Notes: generated from the sequence alone by a model not told the origin. A stretch of DNA of 64,000 bases from Alistipes sp. (GCA_017631035.1 JAGBUB010000031.1:39360-103359), one strand, 5' to 3'; positions 37,398-48,025 are shown, numbered from the stretch's first letter. A program made the numbers and translations.

Positions 37398-40097
37398 TTA
37401 GTAGTAGTTGTCGTACATCGACTGACTCTTGTCATACTTCAAATCCTGCAGCGATGCGGCCTTCACACCAATGTGGAAACTCCAGCTCTTGTAGTGGCCG
37501 AAGGGAATCCACGAGAATGACATCTGCCAACAGTGCAAATCGCGCGTGATGTTAATCGACGAGGTCGTAAGCTTGCCCTTGGCAATATCATATCCACCCG
37601 ATATGGTGGCCGACATCTTGCGGGAGAAGGTTATACTACCATTGAATCCGAGTGTCTGCGTGACATTACGCCTATATCCCGTCGTGCCGTTGTTGACGTA
37701 GGCCAGACTATAGTTGATGTTGTAGTTAAATCCAAAGTTCCACGGCAACGAGAAGTCGTAGTACATCTGCGACATATATTGTCGTCGCAGCGTGGGGTCC
37801 ATCGTGCCATAGGGGTCGTAGAATGGATTGGCATACTCGGGCGGAATGCTATTGATGTCGTTGATGGCGGGCTGTGACGACTCGCGCGACTGGAACGTAT
37901 ATCCGAAGCTCCATCCCGTGTTGACAATGCGACCCAAGTTGCCTCGGCTCCAAGTGAGTTTATTGTAGCGCTTACCCTCGGGTGTGACCTCATAGGGATC
38001 GAGAGTTGCTCGCAGGTTGATACCGAACTTCTTCGAGATGGTTGAACGCAACGAAATCGAGATGTTCGACAGACGCATAGAGTCGGCAAGGAAGTTATAC
38101 GAACCACCGATGCTCAAATCGTCGATAATCTTTATTTTACGTACTCCCGTTGAGTCGCGCTTGCTCAACACCTTGGCTTCAAGGCTCTGTGAGAGACCGA
38201 AGTTAAGCATTGCGCTCTGGCCCGAGGTGGGCACGCCGTAGGCGTTGTCGCTAAAGGGTGAGTATACAGTCACACGACCCGTAGAGTCGCTCTGCACGGT
38301 CTGATAGTAGCCATACTTCTGATCGCTGAAATCGGGAGCATAAGCGAACGAAAGAGTGGGGGTGATGGTGTGGCGCAAGGCCTGCAACTTGGAATCCTTG
38401 TACTTCTCCTTGACCTGCCACTGGCCATAAATTACGGTCGACATCGATACACCTGCGTTGTAGTTGTAAAGACGATAGAAGCCATACTCGGGGTCAAGTG
38501 TTTCTACCTGATTGGTCTCGGGGTTCCACTGTCTGTCTACCTTCTTGAAGTACCAACGCTCGGTATAGTTGGCATTGGGGGTGATGTTGATGTGATTCAA
38601 CAACGTGAACGACGCCTGGATAGGTATGTTGTGCTGCACACCGTGGCGCATATTCTCTATAGTCTGTGATGTGAAAAGCTCGCTCTCCTTGCTCTGCACC
38701 GAGTTGGTAAGCTTACCCGAATAGCTCATCGAAATCTTCTCATACCAGCGATCCTTGCCCACCTTGGTTTTGCGCTTGAGGGGGAAGAACTTTGCTACGT
38801 TGAATGACACGTTGGGCAAGGTAACCGAGATAGCCTCGGTCTGCGAGTTCTGCGACACGGCCATATTCATCGAAAGTGAGAAGGGTGTACCAGCCCAGTT
38901 CTTCGAGTATGAGATTGATGAGTTGGTCTGCGTAGCAAGCATATCGTTTAACGTGGTGGCCGAGTAGCGGCTGTAACCGCTTGTGGCAAGGTTCACCGAG
39001 GCCGAGAATGTAGAGCCGGGGTTAGCCTTGGCATCCTGCGAGTGGGTCCACTGCAGACGGAAGTTATTCTGATTTACGAAGTCGGGGTCACCCTTGTCGC
39101 CCGAACGAATGCTCGAGTAGTCGAGGTTGAAGTTACCCGAGTATTTGTACTTTTTGATGTAGCGCGATACGGCCTGCAACTCCCAAGAACCAAGCGTGTA
39201 GAATCCACCCGTGAGGGCAAGGTCCATATAATCGCTAAGGGTGAAGTAGTAGCCCAATCCTCGCATATAGAATCCGCGTCGAGCCTCCTCGCCGTATGAT
39301 GGCATCAGAAGTCCCGATTTGGGTCCGCTGCTGAGCGGGAAGAAACCCTCGGGCAGACCAAGGAAGGGGATGTCAACATCCTCGATTACTAGGTGACCGC
39401 CACCCATAATCACCTTGCCGTTGTCGCCGGGAATAACCTTGGCCTTCGACATATAGTAGTAGAAGTGGGGATGGTCGGTCTGGTCGCAGGTGGTGTACAT
39501 ACCATTGGCGATGTGAATCGAGTTGTCGGCCATACGCTTAACATCCTTACCAATAAGCCAGCCATCGCCCTGCTGTGTGGCGATACCCTTGATTTTGGCT
39601 CGCTGGGTCTCGATGTTGTAGGTGATGGTATCCATATTGAGCGAGGTCTCGCCCTGTGTAAACTGAGGACGGGTGGTGACGGGAGCGCCATCCACGGTGT
39701 CGGTCTTGCCGTAGGCGTAGATATTCTTGTTGTTGAGGTCGATGTTCATAAAATCGGCCTTCAAGGTCATATTGTCGTAGGTCACATCACCCTGCTCGTA
39801 GATGTAGACACGATTGTTTCTAAGGTCGTAGAAGAGCGAGTCGGTAGCACGACCCGTAATCATTTGATCGAGACTCGACACGGCATTGCGTCGTGCCACG
39901 GTGTCGATATCGGTGGTTGTGGAGTCGCTCTCTACGAGAGTGCGTCGTAAAGTGTCCTCGCGAAGAGTGTCTTGACGTTGTGCCGAGTTTGAATCCAATA
40001 TGGCAATATGATGCATTGGCGTAAATCCGAAAACGAATTGCGCCAGTAGCAACACAACGGCTACAGAAAGGAGATATTTAACGTTTAATTTACCCAA
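37398..40097 (-). CDS. lptD: Putative LPS assembly protein LptD (Bacteroidetes type)
   Basis: YTTCD..HPH, SGLLMP.YGE..RGFY and RDLHCW.MSF.W.P. Start is uncertain; TTG at 40097 precedes a signal-like stretch. Confidence 0.85.
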   Translation of the reverse strand: MGKLNVKYLLSVAVVLLLAQFVFGFTPMHHIAILDSNSAQRQDTLREDTLRRTLVESDSTTTDIDTVARRNAVSSLDQMITGRATDSLFYDLRNNRVYIYEQGDVTYDNMTLKADFMNIDLNNKNIYAYGKTDTVDGAPVTTRPQFTQGETSLNMDTITYNIETQRAKIKGIATQQGDGWLIGKDVKRMADNSIHIANGMYTTCDQTDHPHFYYYMSKAKVIPGDNGKVIMGGGHLVIEDVDIPFLGLPEGFFPLSSGPKSGLLMPSYGEEARRGFYMRGLGYYFTLSDYMDLALTGGFYTLGSWELQAVSRYIKKYKYSGNFNLDYSSIRSGDKGDPDFVNQNNFRLQWTHSQDAKANPGSTFSASVNLATSGYSRYSATTLNDMLATQTNSSISYSKNWAGTPFSLSMNMAVSQNSQTEAISVTLPNVSFNVAKFFPLKRKTKVGKDRWYEKISMSYSGKLTNSVQSKESELFTSQTIENMRHGVQHNIPIQASFTLLNHINITPNANYTERWYFKKVDRQWNPETNQVETLDPEYGFYRLYNYNAGVSMSTVIYGQWQVKEKYKDSKLQALRHTITPTLSFAYAPDFSDQKYGYYQTVQSDSTGRVTVYSPFSDNAYGVPTSGQSAMLNFGLSQSLEAKVLSKRDSTGVRKIKIIDDLSIGGSYNFLADSMRLSNISISLRSTISKKFGINLRATLDPYEVTPEGKRYNKLTWSRGNLGRIVNTGWSFGYTFQSRESSQPAINDINSIPPEYANPFYDPYGTMDPTLRRQYMSQMYYDFSLPWNFGFNYNINYSLAYVNNGTTGYRRNVTQTLGFNGSITFSRKMSATISGGYDIAKGKLTTSSINITRDLHCWQMSFSWIPFGHYKSWSFHIGVKAASLQDLKYDKSQSMYDNYY

Positions 40098-40115
40098 AAT
40101 TTCAATATTTTTTCG

Positions 40116-40196
40116 TAACTTTGCCGACAAGTCGGCAAAACCGCTCAAACAGGGCTCTTAAAGAGCTTTGTAGCAAAGTTTTAACCGACAAATATA
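40116..40196. promoter_or_regulatory. Face-to-face -7 boxes for the amidase operon (+) and lptD operon (-), with a perfect palindrome
   Basis: TAACTTTG on plus at 40116-40123; TATATTTG on minus at 40196-40189; TTTGCCGAC-AA-GTCGGCAAA at 40120-40139. Confidence 0.5.
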
Positions 40197-40239
40197 GCGT
40201 TTTTTTGTCTATTACCGCTAATTATTCGACAGTTTTTGT

Positions 40240-41388
40240 ATGAAACGTGTAGTCGGTTGTGTGCTGATATTTGTCTTTTTGGTGCTTGCACTGGTGCCCG
40301 CATCTGCCCAAAACGCTGGGGCAGGTGTGCGTGTTATTGTCATTGACGCCGGTCACGGCGGCAGTGCATTTCCCGGTGCAGTGTATGGCGGTGTCAAGGA
40401 GAAGGATATCAATTTGGCCGTTGCGTTGAAGCTTGGCGCACTAATCGAACGCGAGCTACCCTCCGTCAAGGTTGTATATACCCGCACCACCGACAAGGCA
40501 TTGGGCAAGAGCCTGAACGAGGACCTTACAGCCCGAGCCGATATAGCCAATAAGGCTGGTGGCGACTTCTTTATCTCAATTCACGCCAATGCGGCCCCCA
40601 AGGCTACGTCGGTGCAGGGAGCCGAGACCATCATTATGGGTGAGAGCGAGAAGGAGACACGCTACAACGAGAGTGCATTGTACGACAACAACAAGGAGGA
40701 GTCGATTGATATGTCGGACGAGAATACCGCCGCAATGGTGCGAGCCTACATCCAGAATCTGCAGTTCACCTATGGTGAGTATAGCGAGATGATGGCTCGA
40801 ATAATGCAGTCTCACTATCAGAAGGGAGGCCGTGCGGTGCGTTCTGTTAAGCGACAACTGCTCAAGGTGTTGTATGCTACCGATATGCCGAGCGTGCTCA
40901 CCGAGTTGGGTTTTATGTCTAACAAGAGCGAACTTGCCTATATGAACTCCGAGAAGGGACAGAACGCCTACGCACGGATGTTGTGCGATGCCGTCAAGGA
41001 GTATGTCGGACACATCAACCGCCTGTCGGGTGGCGTAGCCGAGCAGGGTGTTGCCCCTGCAGCCGTGGCAAATGTTGAGGCACCCAAGCAGGAGCCCGCG
41101 CAGAGTCCTGCAACCAAGAGTGAGGAGGCGATGGCTGAGCCGAAGAGCAAGAGCGGTTATGCCATACAGTTGCTGGCTTCGGATAAGAAGATTAAGAGCA
41201 GCGACAAGCAGTTTAAGGAGTATCGCTCGAAGGTGGAGTGTTACCAGGGTAGTGGTGTGCTGAAATACAAATACTGCTACGGTAATTTTGAAACCCGCGA
41301 ACAGGCTCAGCGTAACTTGGCTGCGGTGAGAAAATCATTCAAGGATGCCTTTGTTGTGCGATACAGCAATGGCGCCATTGTGAAGTAG
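40240..41388 (+). CDS. N-acetylmuramoyl-L-alanine amidase (Amidase_3) with C-terminal SPOR-like domain
   Basis: IDAGHGG, EKDINL, SIHAN, MPSVLTELGF. Confidence 0.93.
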   Translation: MKRVVGCVLIFVFLVLALVPASAQNAGAGVRVIVIDAGHGGSAFPGAVYGGVKEKDINLAVALKLGALIERELPSVKVVYTRTTDKALGKSLNEDLTARADIANKAGGDFFISIHANAAPKATSVQGAETIIMGESEKETRYNESALYDNNKEESIDMSDENTAAMVRAYIQNLQFTYGEYSEMMARIMQSHYQKGGRAVRSVKRQLLKVLYATDMPSVLTELGFMSNKSELAYMNSEKGQNAYARMLCDAVKEYVGHINRLSGGVAEQGVAPAAVANVEAPKQEPAQSPATKSEEAMAEPKSKSGYAIQLLASDKKIKSSDKQFKEYRSKVECYQGSGVLKYKYCYGNFETREQAQRNLAAVRKSFKDAFVVRYSNGAIVK

Positions 41389-41407
41389 AAAATAAAAAGA
41401 AAACCAT

Positions 41408-42442
41408 ATGAAAAGAGAAGTAAAAGTTGGATTATTTGCCGTTCTGCTCCTGCTTGTAGGCTGGGGCGTTATTCGATTGTTGAAGGGTGCTGAGATCTTC
41501 AGCAATAGCTACACCTACTATGCCTACTATCAGCAGGTGGGTGGCCTTCAGCCCGCTGCGCACGTTATGATTTACGGTGTGAATGTGGGTACAGTGTCAA
41601 GCGTTACGCTCGATGCCGATCCTGCAAAGGGCGTTCAGGTGGAGTTTACGGTAAACAAGCGTTACAAGATTCCCGCAGATTCAAAGGCTCGCATCTTCAG
41701 CGATGGTATTATGGGTGGCAAGGCTATCGAGATTCTCTACGGAACATCTTCCGAGATTATTCCCAAGGATGGCACTGTCGATGCGGCCGTAAGTACCGAC
41801 CTCTTTGAGATGGCAACCTCTGAGATTGATTTCCTTAACGAGAAGATATCTACTCTGGTCGATGGCTTGGCTCAGACCCTTGAGAGTGTGAATACTCTTT
41901 TGGGTGAGAATACCGAGCACCTGTCGAGCATCGTGAAGAATGTCGATGGTGTAACGGGTAACGTAAATGCCCTGCTTGTTAAGGAGCGTGCTCATTTGGA
42001 GAGCGCTTTGGAGTCGTTGTCGAAGTTCTCGCAGAGTCTTGGCGATAACTCCGAGCAGATTGGTGGCATTATCGAGAATATGAACAACTTCTCGGCAGAG
42101 CTTGCCAATGCTAACCTGGCTGAAGAGCTTGAGGGTGTAGTGAGCCACTTGAAGGAGATTTTGAGTGCCGTAGAGCAGAACGATGGCAGCATCGGTAAGC
42201 TATTCAACGATGGTGATTTGTACGACAACCTCACCGCAGCAAGCGATAATCTCTCGACACTGCTCGAGGACTTGAAGGAGAACCCTCACCGCTATATCAA
42301 CATATCTGTGTTTGGAGCCAACCCCACCAAGAAGGTTGAGAAGGCTCGTGCCAAGGCCGAGAAGAACGCCATAAAGCGTGCCGACGAGTTGGCCGAGAAG
42401 GAGCACGAACAGCAGATGAAGGAGTTGAATGGTGCAAACTAA
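41408..42442 (+). CDS. MlaD/MCE family protein
   Basis: N-terminal TM; V.IYGV.VG.V MCE domain; helical tail with GSIGKL.ND..LY.NL and NP.RY. Confidence 0.9.
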   Translation: MKREVKVGLFAVLLLLVGWGVIRLLKGAEIFSNSYTYYAYYQQVGGLQPAAHVMIYGVNVGTVSSVTLDADPAKGVQVEFTVNKRYKIPADSKARIFSDGIMGGKAIEILYGTSSEIIPKDGTVDAAVSTDLFEMATSEIDFLNEKISTLVDGLAQTLESVNTLLGENTEHLSSIVKNVDGVTGNVNALLVKERAHLESALESLSKFSQSLGDNSEQIGGIIENMNNFSAELANANLAEELEGVVSHLKEILSAVEQNDGSIGKLFNDGDLYDNLTAASDNLSTLLEDLKENPHRYINISVFGANPTKKVEKARAKAEKNAIKRADELAEKEHEQQMKELNGAN

Positions 42443-42457
42443 AACGGGAGGGAAGAG

Positions 42458-44953
42458 ATGATATATCCCGTTAATTTTGAGCAGAAGATAGGCTTCGATC
42501 GTGTGCGTGAGCAGGTTGCATCGCTCTGTTCGATGCAGGTTGCGCGCGAGATTATTGCCGGCGAAAAGTTCTCTACCTCGCGCTCTGAGATTGAACTCAA
42601 GCAGGAGATTGCCGACGAGATGCGCACGCTGATGATGCTCGAGCCCGATGCTCCGCGCGATGAGTTCCCCGATATGGAGGCTGTGATGGCCAAGATCGGT
42701 GTCGAGGGCACGTTCCTAACGACCGAGGAGGTCGTTACGTTGCGTCGTGCACTCACCGCAGTGGGAAATATGGTGGGCTTTGTTATGAGTCGCTCGGAGA
42801 GCTCGTATCCTCGCCTGCGTAAGCGTAGCGAGAGTGTATGCATCTTCCCCGATGTGGTGCGTCGCATAAATCAGCTCGTTGACGAGGATGGCGAGATTCG
42901 CGATGGTGCCTCACCCGAATTGGTTGCTATCCGTCGCTCAATTCGCGAGCACGAGGGGCAGGTGACCAAGCGCCTTAATCAGGTGCTTAACAACGCCAAG
43001 CGTGCAGGCATTGTAGATGCCGATGCTATAGTCTCGATGCGCGATGGTCGTGCCGTTATCCCCGTGTCGGCAGGTAATAAGCGCAAGCTTAACGGATTTA
43101 TTCACGACGAGTCGGCTACGGGTAAGACCTTCTATATCGAGCCCGTCGAGATTGTGGAGCTCAATAACCAGCTACGCGAATTGGAGTATGCCGAGCGTCG
43201 CGAGATAGTGCGCCTTTTGACCGAGTTTACCGAGGAGTTGCGCCCCGATGCCGAGCCTATTGCTTCGGCTGGTGAGTATCTTGCCGAGATGGATGCCGTG
43301 CGAGCCAAGGCTCGTTGGGCTATTGAGAATGGAGCAGGTAAGCCCATCGTGTCGCTTGACGACCGTTTGGTGCTACGCCACGCCTTCCATCCGCTGTTGG
43401 CGCAGACTCTAAATCGCGAAAAGAAGGAGCTCATCCCTTTGGATATGCAGCTCGATAGAGAGAAACACATACTCGTCATTTCAGGTCCTAATGCCGGCGG
43501 TAAGTCGGTCTGCCTGAAGACTACGGGTATGGTGCAATATATGTTCCAGTGCGGTTTCCCCGTTACGGCGGGCGAGATGAGCGAGTTGCCCATCTTCGAG
43601 AGTATTTGCCTGGATATTGGCGACGAGCAGTCGATGGATAACGACCTTTCGACCTACTCATCGCACCTGCTCAATATGAAGGCCACGCTACAGTCGGCCT
43701 CTCCCCGCACGATGGTGCTCATCGATGAGTTCGGTTCGGGTACCGAGCCCGTCATCGGTGGTGCTATTGCCGAGGCTATATTGGAGCGTTTGCTGGAGAA
43801 GGGGTGCTATGGAGTGATTACTACGCACTACTCAAATATCAAATACTACGCTACGGGTACCGACGGTATAGCCAATGGCGCTATGATGTTCGATGTACAG
43901 AACATTCGTCCGCTCTTTAAGCTTGAGCAGGGCAAGCCGGGTAGCTCGTTTGCCGTGGAGATAGCCCGCAAGATAGGTCTGCCCGAGGATATTATCCGCA
44001 CGGCGAGCGACAAGGCGGGTAGCGACCATATCAATCTTGAGCGCCAGTTGCGCGAGATTGCCCGCGATAGGCGTTATTGGTCGCAGAAGCGTGATCGCAT
44101 ACGTCTTACCGACCGCAAGGTTGAGGAGTTGGAGTCGAGCTACACCGAGCAGTTGGCCCGCATCAAGGAGGAGCGCAAGGAGATTTTGCGTAGTGCCAAG
44201 GAGGAGGCGCAGCGACTTATTGCCGATGCTAACCGCCAGATTGAGAATACTATCCGTACCATCAAGGAGGCGCAGGCTGAGAAGGAGCTCACCCGTCTGG
44301 CTCGTCGTGAGCTGGAGGAGTTCAAGGAGGTTGTCGATAGTGTAGGCTCGTCGTTTGATGGCGAGAAGGTGGAGCGTGAGATGGAGCGCTTGATGCGTCG
44401 CAAGGCACGCCGCGAGGAGGATAAGAAGCGTCGTGGTCAGGCACCCGTGGAGAAGCCCGCTGAGGCAGTGCCGGCACCCAAGCCCATTGAGGTTGGCTCG
44501 AAGGTGCGCATCGCAGGTCAGGAGATGCCTGGTGTGGTGCAGAGTATCAAGGGTCGCAAGGCGCAGGTAGCCTTTGGCCAGATTCTCACTACGGTCGATT
44601 GCGAGAAACTTGTGGTAGTGTCAAATGCCGAGTATAAGAAGGCCGTAAAGCCCGTTATGCCTCGTACCGTACTTTCGGTTGATATATCGAGCCGTAAACT
44701 TAACTTCCGCGATAGCGTTGATGTGCGCGGTATGCGTGCTACGGAGGCCTTGGAGGTGGTGCAGGATTTGATTGACGATGCCCTGATGGTTGGTGTTGGT
44801 GGTGTAACCATCCTGCACGGTAAGGGCACGGGAGCCTTGAAGGAGGAGATACGCCGTTATCTGCGTTCGATTTCGGAGGTGGCCTCGGCTACCGACGAGC
44901 ACGCCGATAGAGGTGGCGCAGGTATTACAGTTGTGAGATTTCATACAAACTAA
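42458..44953 (+). CDS. mutS2: MutS2 family ATPase with Smr domain
   Basis: ISGPNAGGKS, DIGDEQS...LSTYSSH and DEFGSGTEP; KOW-like segment; Smr LHGKGTG. Confidence 0.95.
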   Translation: MIYPVNFEQKIGFDRVREQVASLCSMQVAREIIAGEKFSTSRSEIELKQEIADEMRTLMMLEPDAPRDEFPDMEAVMAKIGVEGTFLTTEEVVTLRRALTAVGNMVGFVMSRSESSYPRLRKRSESVCIFPDVVRRINQLVDEDGEIRDGASPELVAIRRSIREHEGQVTKRLNQVLNNAKRAGIVDADAIVSMRDGRAVIPVSAGNKRKLNGFIHDESATGKTFYIEPVEIVELNNQLRELEYAERREIVRLLTEFTEELRPDAEPIASAGEYLAEMDAVRAKARWAIENGAGKPIVSLDDRLVLRHAFHPLLAQTLNREKKELIPLDMQLDREKHILVISGPNAGGKSVCLKTTGMVQYMFQCGFPVTAGEMSELPIFESICLDIGDEQSMDNDLSTYSSHLLNMKATLQSASPRTMVLIDEFGSGTEPVIGGAIAEAILERLLEKGCYGVITTHYSNIKYYATGTDGIANGAMMFDVQNIRPLFKLEQGKPGSSFAVEIARKIGLPEDIIRTASDKAGSDHINLERQLREIARDRRYWSQKRDRIRLTDRKVEELESSYTEQLARIKEERKEILRSAKEEAQRLIADANRQIENTIRTIKEAQAEKELTRLARRELEEFKEVVDSVGSSFDGEKVEREMERLMRRKARREEDKKRRGQAPVEKPAEAVPAPKPIEVGSKVRIAGQEMPGVVQSIKGRKAQVAFGQILTTVDCEKLVVVSNAEYKKAVKPVMPRTVLSVDISSRKLNFRDSVDVRGMRATEALEVVQDLIDDALMVGVGGVTILHGKGTGALKEEIRRYLRSISEVASATDEHADRGGAGITVVRFHTN

Positions 44954-44957
44954 ATAG

Positions 44958-47306
44958 ATGAGATACTTATTGTCGGACATAGCGCGTATGTGTGGCGGTG
45001 AGCTACACGGACAGGATGTAATGGTGGGTGACGTTGTCACCGACTCACGTCGTTGTGCCTTTGGCGCTGGGGCTATGTTTGTGGCTATGCGAGGAATGAA
45101 TCACGACTCGCATAACTACCTTTCCGATATGTATCGCACAGGCGTGAGGGCCTTCCTTGTCGAGCAACCCGTTGTGGAGGCTGCCGATGCGGGCTATGTC
45201 TATGTGAAAAATTCGTTGCAGGCTCTGCAATCTTTGGCTGCAGCACACCGTTCTTCATTCAAGGGCACGGTGGTGGGTATCACAGGCTCGAATGGCAAGA
45301 CTATGGTCAAGGAGTGGACGGCACGAGCTCTGCCCTCGCAGGTGAAACTTATTGCCTCGCCGATGAGTTATAACTCGCAGCTCGGTGTGGCTTTGTCGTT
45401 GCTGATGATTCAGGGCGACGAGGATGTAGCACTCATCGAGGCTGGTATATCGGAGATGGGCGAGATGGAACGCCTGGAGCAGATGATTCGTCCCGATGTG
45501 GTGGTCATTACCTCGATTGGCGATGCCCATCAGGCCAATTTCGAGAGCATTGAGCAGAAAGTAGAGCAGAAACTCCTGCTTGCACGTCGTGCCAAGAAGT
45601 TGATTTTCCACTCAGATTATGCTCCGGTGTCGAAGGCTATCACTTCGCTTGACATTGAGCGAGTCGATGCTGCCCAGCATCTAGGTAACCTGCCCCAGAA
45701 TAACGAGGTAAAGCGTGTGAATAGCCAAATAGTGAAGTGCCTCTGCCGAGAGTTGGGCTACGATTGTTGCCTGGAATCGGTGAGCGATGTGGCTATGCGC
45801 TTGGAGGTTAAGGAGGGTGTTTATGGATCAACAATAATAAACGATTCGTATAACTCCGATATAAATTCGCTGGCTCTAGCTCTTGATATGTTGCGTCAGG
45901 AGGCTCATACAGCGCCCACGTTGCTGGTCATTTCGGATATCGAACAGAGCGGTATGTCGGAGCAGGAACTCTACGATAGCGTAGCGTATATGGTTGAGCG
46001 AGCGCAGGTAAGTTCGCTTATAGGTGTTGGCGAGCGAATTAAACTCTATTCCGATAAGTTCCACTGTACGACACGTTTCTACTCAACTACCGAGGAGATG
46101 ATGCGTTCGCTTACACACGAGGATATCGAAGGCCGCACCATACTGGTGAAGGGCAACCGCAACTATCGTTTCGAGAATCTGTGTCATCAGTTGGAGCGTC
46201 GCAGCCATACTACGGTGCTGGAGGTCAACCTCGACGCTATGACTCATAATGTGGGTTACTTCCGCAGTTTTCTGCCGATGAACCACCGCCTGATGGCTAT
46301 GGTCAAGGCTCATAGCTATGGCGCGGGTGATGTTGAGGTGGCGCAGCTTATGCAACGATTGGGTGTTACCTATCTTGCCGTAGCCTATGCCGACGAGGGT
46401 GTGGTGTTGCGCGAGAAGGGTGTTACGATGCCTATCGTGGTGCTTAATGCCGATGCCGATAGTTTCGATAAGATGGTGGTTCACTCGCTTGAGCCCGAGA
46501 TATATAGCTTCCATTCGCTGGAGGATTTTGTGCGTAGCGTAGAGCGTTATGGCGCTTTTGGCTACCCCATACACCTCAAACTCGATACGGGTATGCACCG
46601 TTTGGGTTTTGTTCTGGACGAAGTGGAGGAGCTGATTGCTAAGGTTAAGGAGAGTCGCGCGGTGCGTGTGGCGAGTATTTTTGCCCACCTCTCGTGTGCT
46701 GATGATCCTACGCAGGATGATTTTACACGCGAGCAGATTGCTCTGTTCGACAGGATGAGTGGTCAGATTGCCAATGCACTGCCTTACGATGTGATACGCC
46801 ATACGGCCAATTCGGCCGCCATCGAGCGATTCCCTGAGGCGCGTTTTGATATGTGCCGTTTGGGACTGGGCCTTTATGGTTACGGTTTCCAACCTAACGA
46901 AGAGCTACACCCTGTGGCTACGCTGAAGACACGCATCGTGCAGTTGCGTCGACGAGTAGCGGGCGAAGCTATTGGCTATGGTCGCAGCCAACGCCTGGAA
47001 CGAGATAGCATTATTGCAACCATACCCGTAGGCTATGCCGATGGTTTGGATCGTCACCTGAGTGGCGGTGAGTGGTCGATGCTTGTGGCAGGACACCAGG
47101 CCCCGACCGTAGGCCGCATATGTATGGATAGTTGTATGATTGATGTTACCGACATCGAGGGTGTTAAGGAGGGCGACGAGGTTACAATCTTCTCCTCTGT
47201 AAAGGGTAACACATTGGAAGATATGGCCGCTGTGCTGGGCACTATTTCGTATGAGATAATGACCTCGGTTGCGGCACGAGTAAAGAGAATATACGTTAGA
47301 GAGTAA
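44958..47306 (+). CDS. alr: MurF-like / alanine racemase fusion protein
   Basis: GITGSNGKT, SYNSQLGV and INDSYN (Mur ligase); MVKAHSYGAG, KLDTGMHRLG, GYADG and GRICMD (Alr). Confidence 0.93.
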   Translation: MRYLLSDIARMCGGELHGQDVMVGDVVTDSRRCAFGAGAMFVAMRGMNHDSHNYLSDMYRTGVRAFLVEQPVVEAADAGYVYVKNSLQALQSLAAAHRSSFKGTVVGITGSNGKTMVKEWTARALPSQVKLIASPMSYNSQLGVALSLLMIQGDEDVALIEAGISEMGEMERLEQMIRPDVVVITSIGDAHQANFESIEQKVEQKLLLARRAKKLIFHSDYAPVSKAITSLDIERVDAAQHLGNLPQNNEVKRVNSQIVKCLCRELGYDCCLESVSDVAMRLEVKEGVYGSTIINDSYNSDINSLALALDMLRQEAHTAPTLLVISDIEQSGMSEQELYDSVAYMVERAQVSSLIGVGERIKLYSDKFHCTTRFYSTTEEMMRSLTHEDIEGRTILVKGNRNYRFENLCHQLERRSHTTVLEVNLDAMTHNVGYFRSFLPMNHRLMAMVKAHSYGAGDVEVAQLMQRLGVTYLAVAYADEGVVLREKGVTMPIVVLNADADSFDKMVVHSLEPEIYSFHSLEDFVRSVERYGAFGYPIHLKLDTGMHRLGFVLDEVEELIAKVKESRAVRVASIFAHLSCADDPTQDDFTREQIALFDRMSGQIANALPYDVIRHTANSAAIERFPEARFDMCRLGLGLYGYGFQPNEELHPVATLKTRIVQLRRRVAGEAIGYGRSQRLERDSIIATIPVGYADGLDRHLSGGEWSMLVAGHQAPTVGRICMDSCMIDVTDIEGVKEGDEVTIFSSVKGNTLEDMAAVLGTISYEIMTSVAARVKRIYVRE

Positions 47307-48022
47307 TGGCCGAGAAGGGAATATTATATATGATTCCGTGTCCGATTTCGGACCAGACCGCGGTTTACGATGTTGTACCCGAGGCAAATCGTCGTGTGAT
47401 TGATTCACTCGACTATTTCATTGTCGAGAATGTGCGTTCGGCACGTCGTTTCCTTTCGAAGGCGGGTATTGCAAGAAAGATCGATGAGTTGGAATTTGTC
47501 GAGCTCAATGAGCACACCGTTGCAGGACAGGCCGTAGAGGCTATGGTAAAACCTCTGCTTGCAGGTCGCTCGGCAGGCGTTATCTCTGAGGCAGGTGTGC
47601 CAGGTGTCGCCGATCCGGGTGCGTTGGTTGTGGCGGCGTGCCATAGAAAGGGAATCAAGGTAGTGCCTTTGGTTGGCCCATCATCTATTTTATTGGCTAT
47701 GATGGCATCGGGACTCAATGGTCAGTCCTTTGCCTTCAATGGCTATCTGCCCGTCAAACCTCCCGAGCGAAGCAAGGCGCTCAAGGCGCTCGAGCGCAGG
47801 GCACACACCGAGCACCAATCGCAGATATTTATCGAGGCTCCCTACCGCAACGTAAAACTTATGGAGCAGATGCTTCAGGTCTGCGCGGGGGAGACCACGC
47901 TGACGGTTGCGTGCGATATCACCTCGCCCGATGAGTTTATCCTCTCGCTACCGATTGCGCAGTGGCGACGAGTGGGTCTGCCCGATATTGCCAAACGACC
48001 GACCATATTTATTATAGGTTAG
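47306..48022 (+). CDS. SAM-dependent methyltransferase, RsmI-like (tetrapyrrole methylase fold)
   Basis: SEAGVPGVADPG, PLVGPSS, SGLNGQSFAF.GYLP, FIEAPYRN. Confidence 0.88.
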   Translation: MAEKGILYMIPCPISDQTAVYDVVPEANRRVIDSLDYFIVENVRSARRFLSKAGIARKIDELEFVELNEHTVAGQAVEAMVKPLLAGRSAGVISEAGVPGVADPGALVVAACHRKGIKVVPLVGPSSILLAMMASGLNGQSFAFNGYLPVKPPERSKALKALERRAHTEHQSQIFIEAPYRNVKLMEQMLQVCAGETTLTVACDITSPDEFILSLPIAQWRRVGLPDIAKRPTIFIIG

Positions 48023-48025
48023 CGT

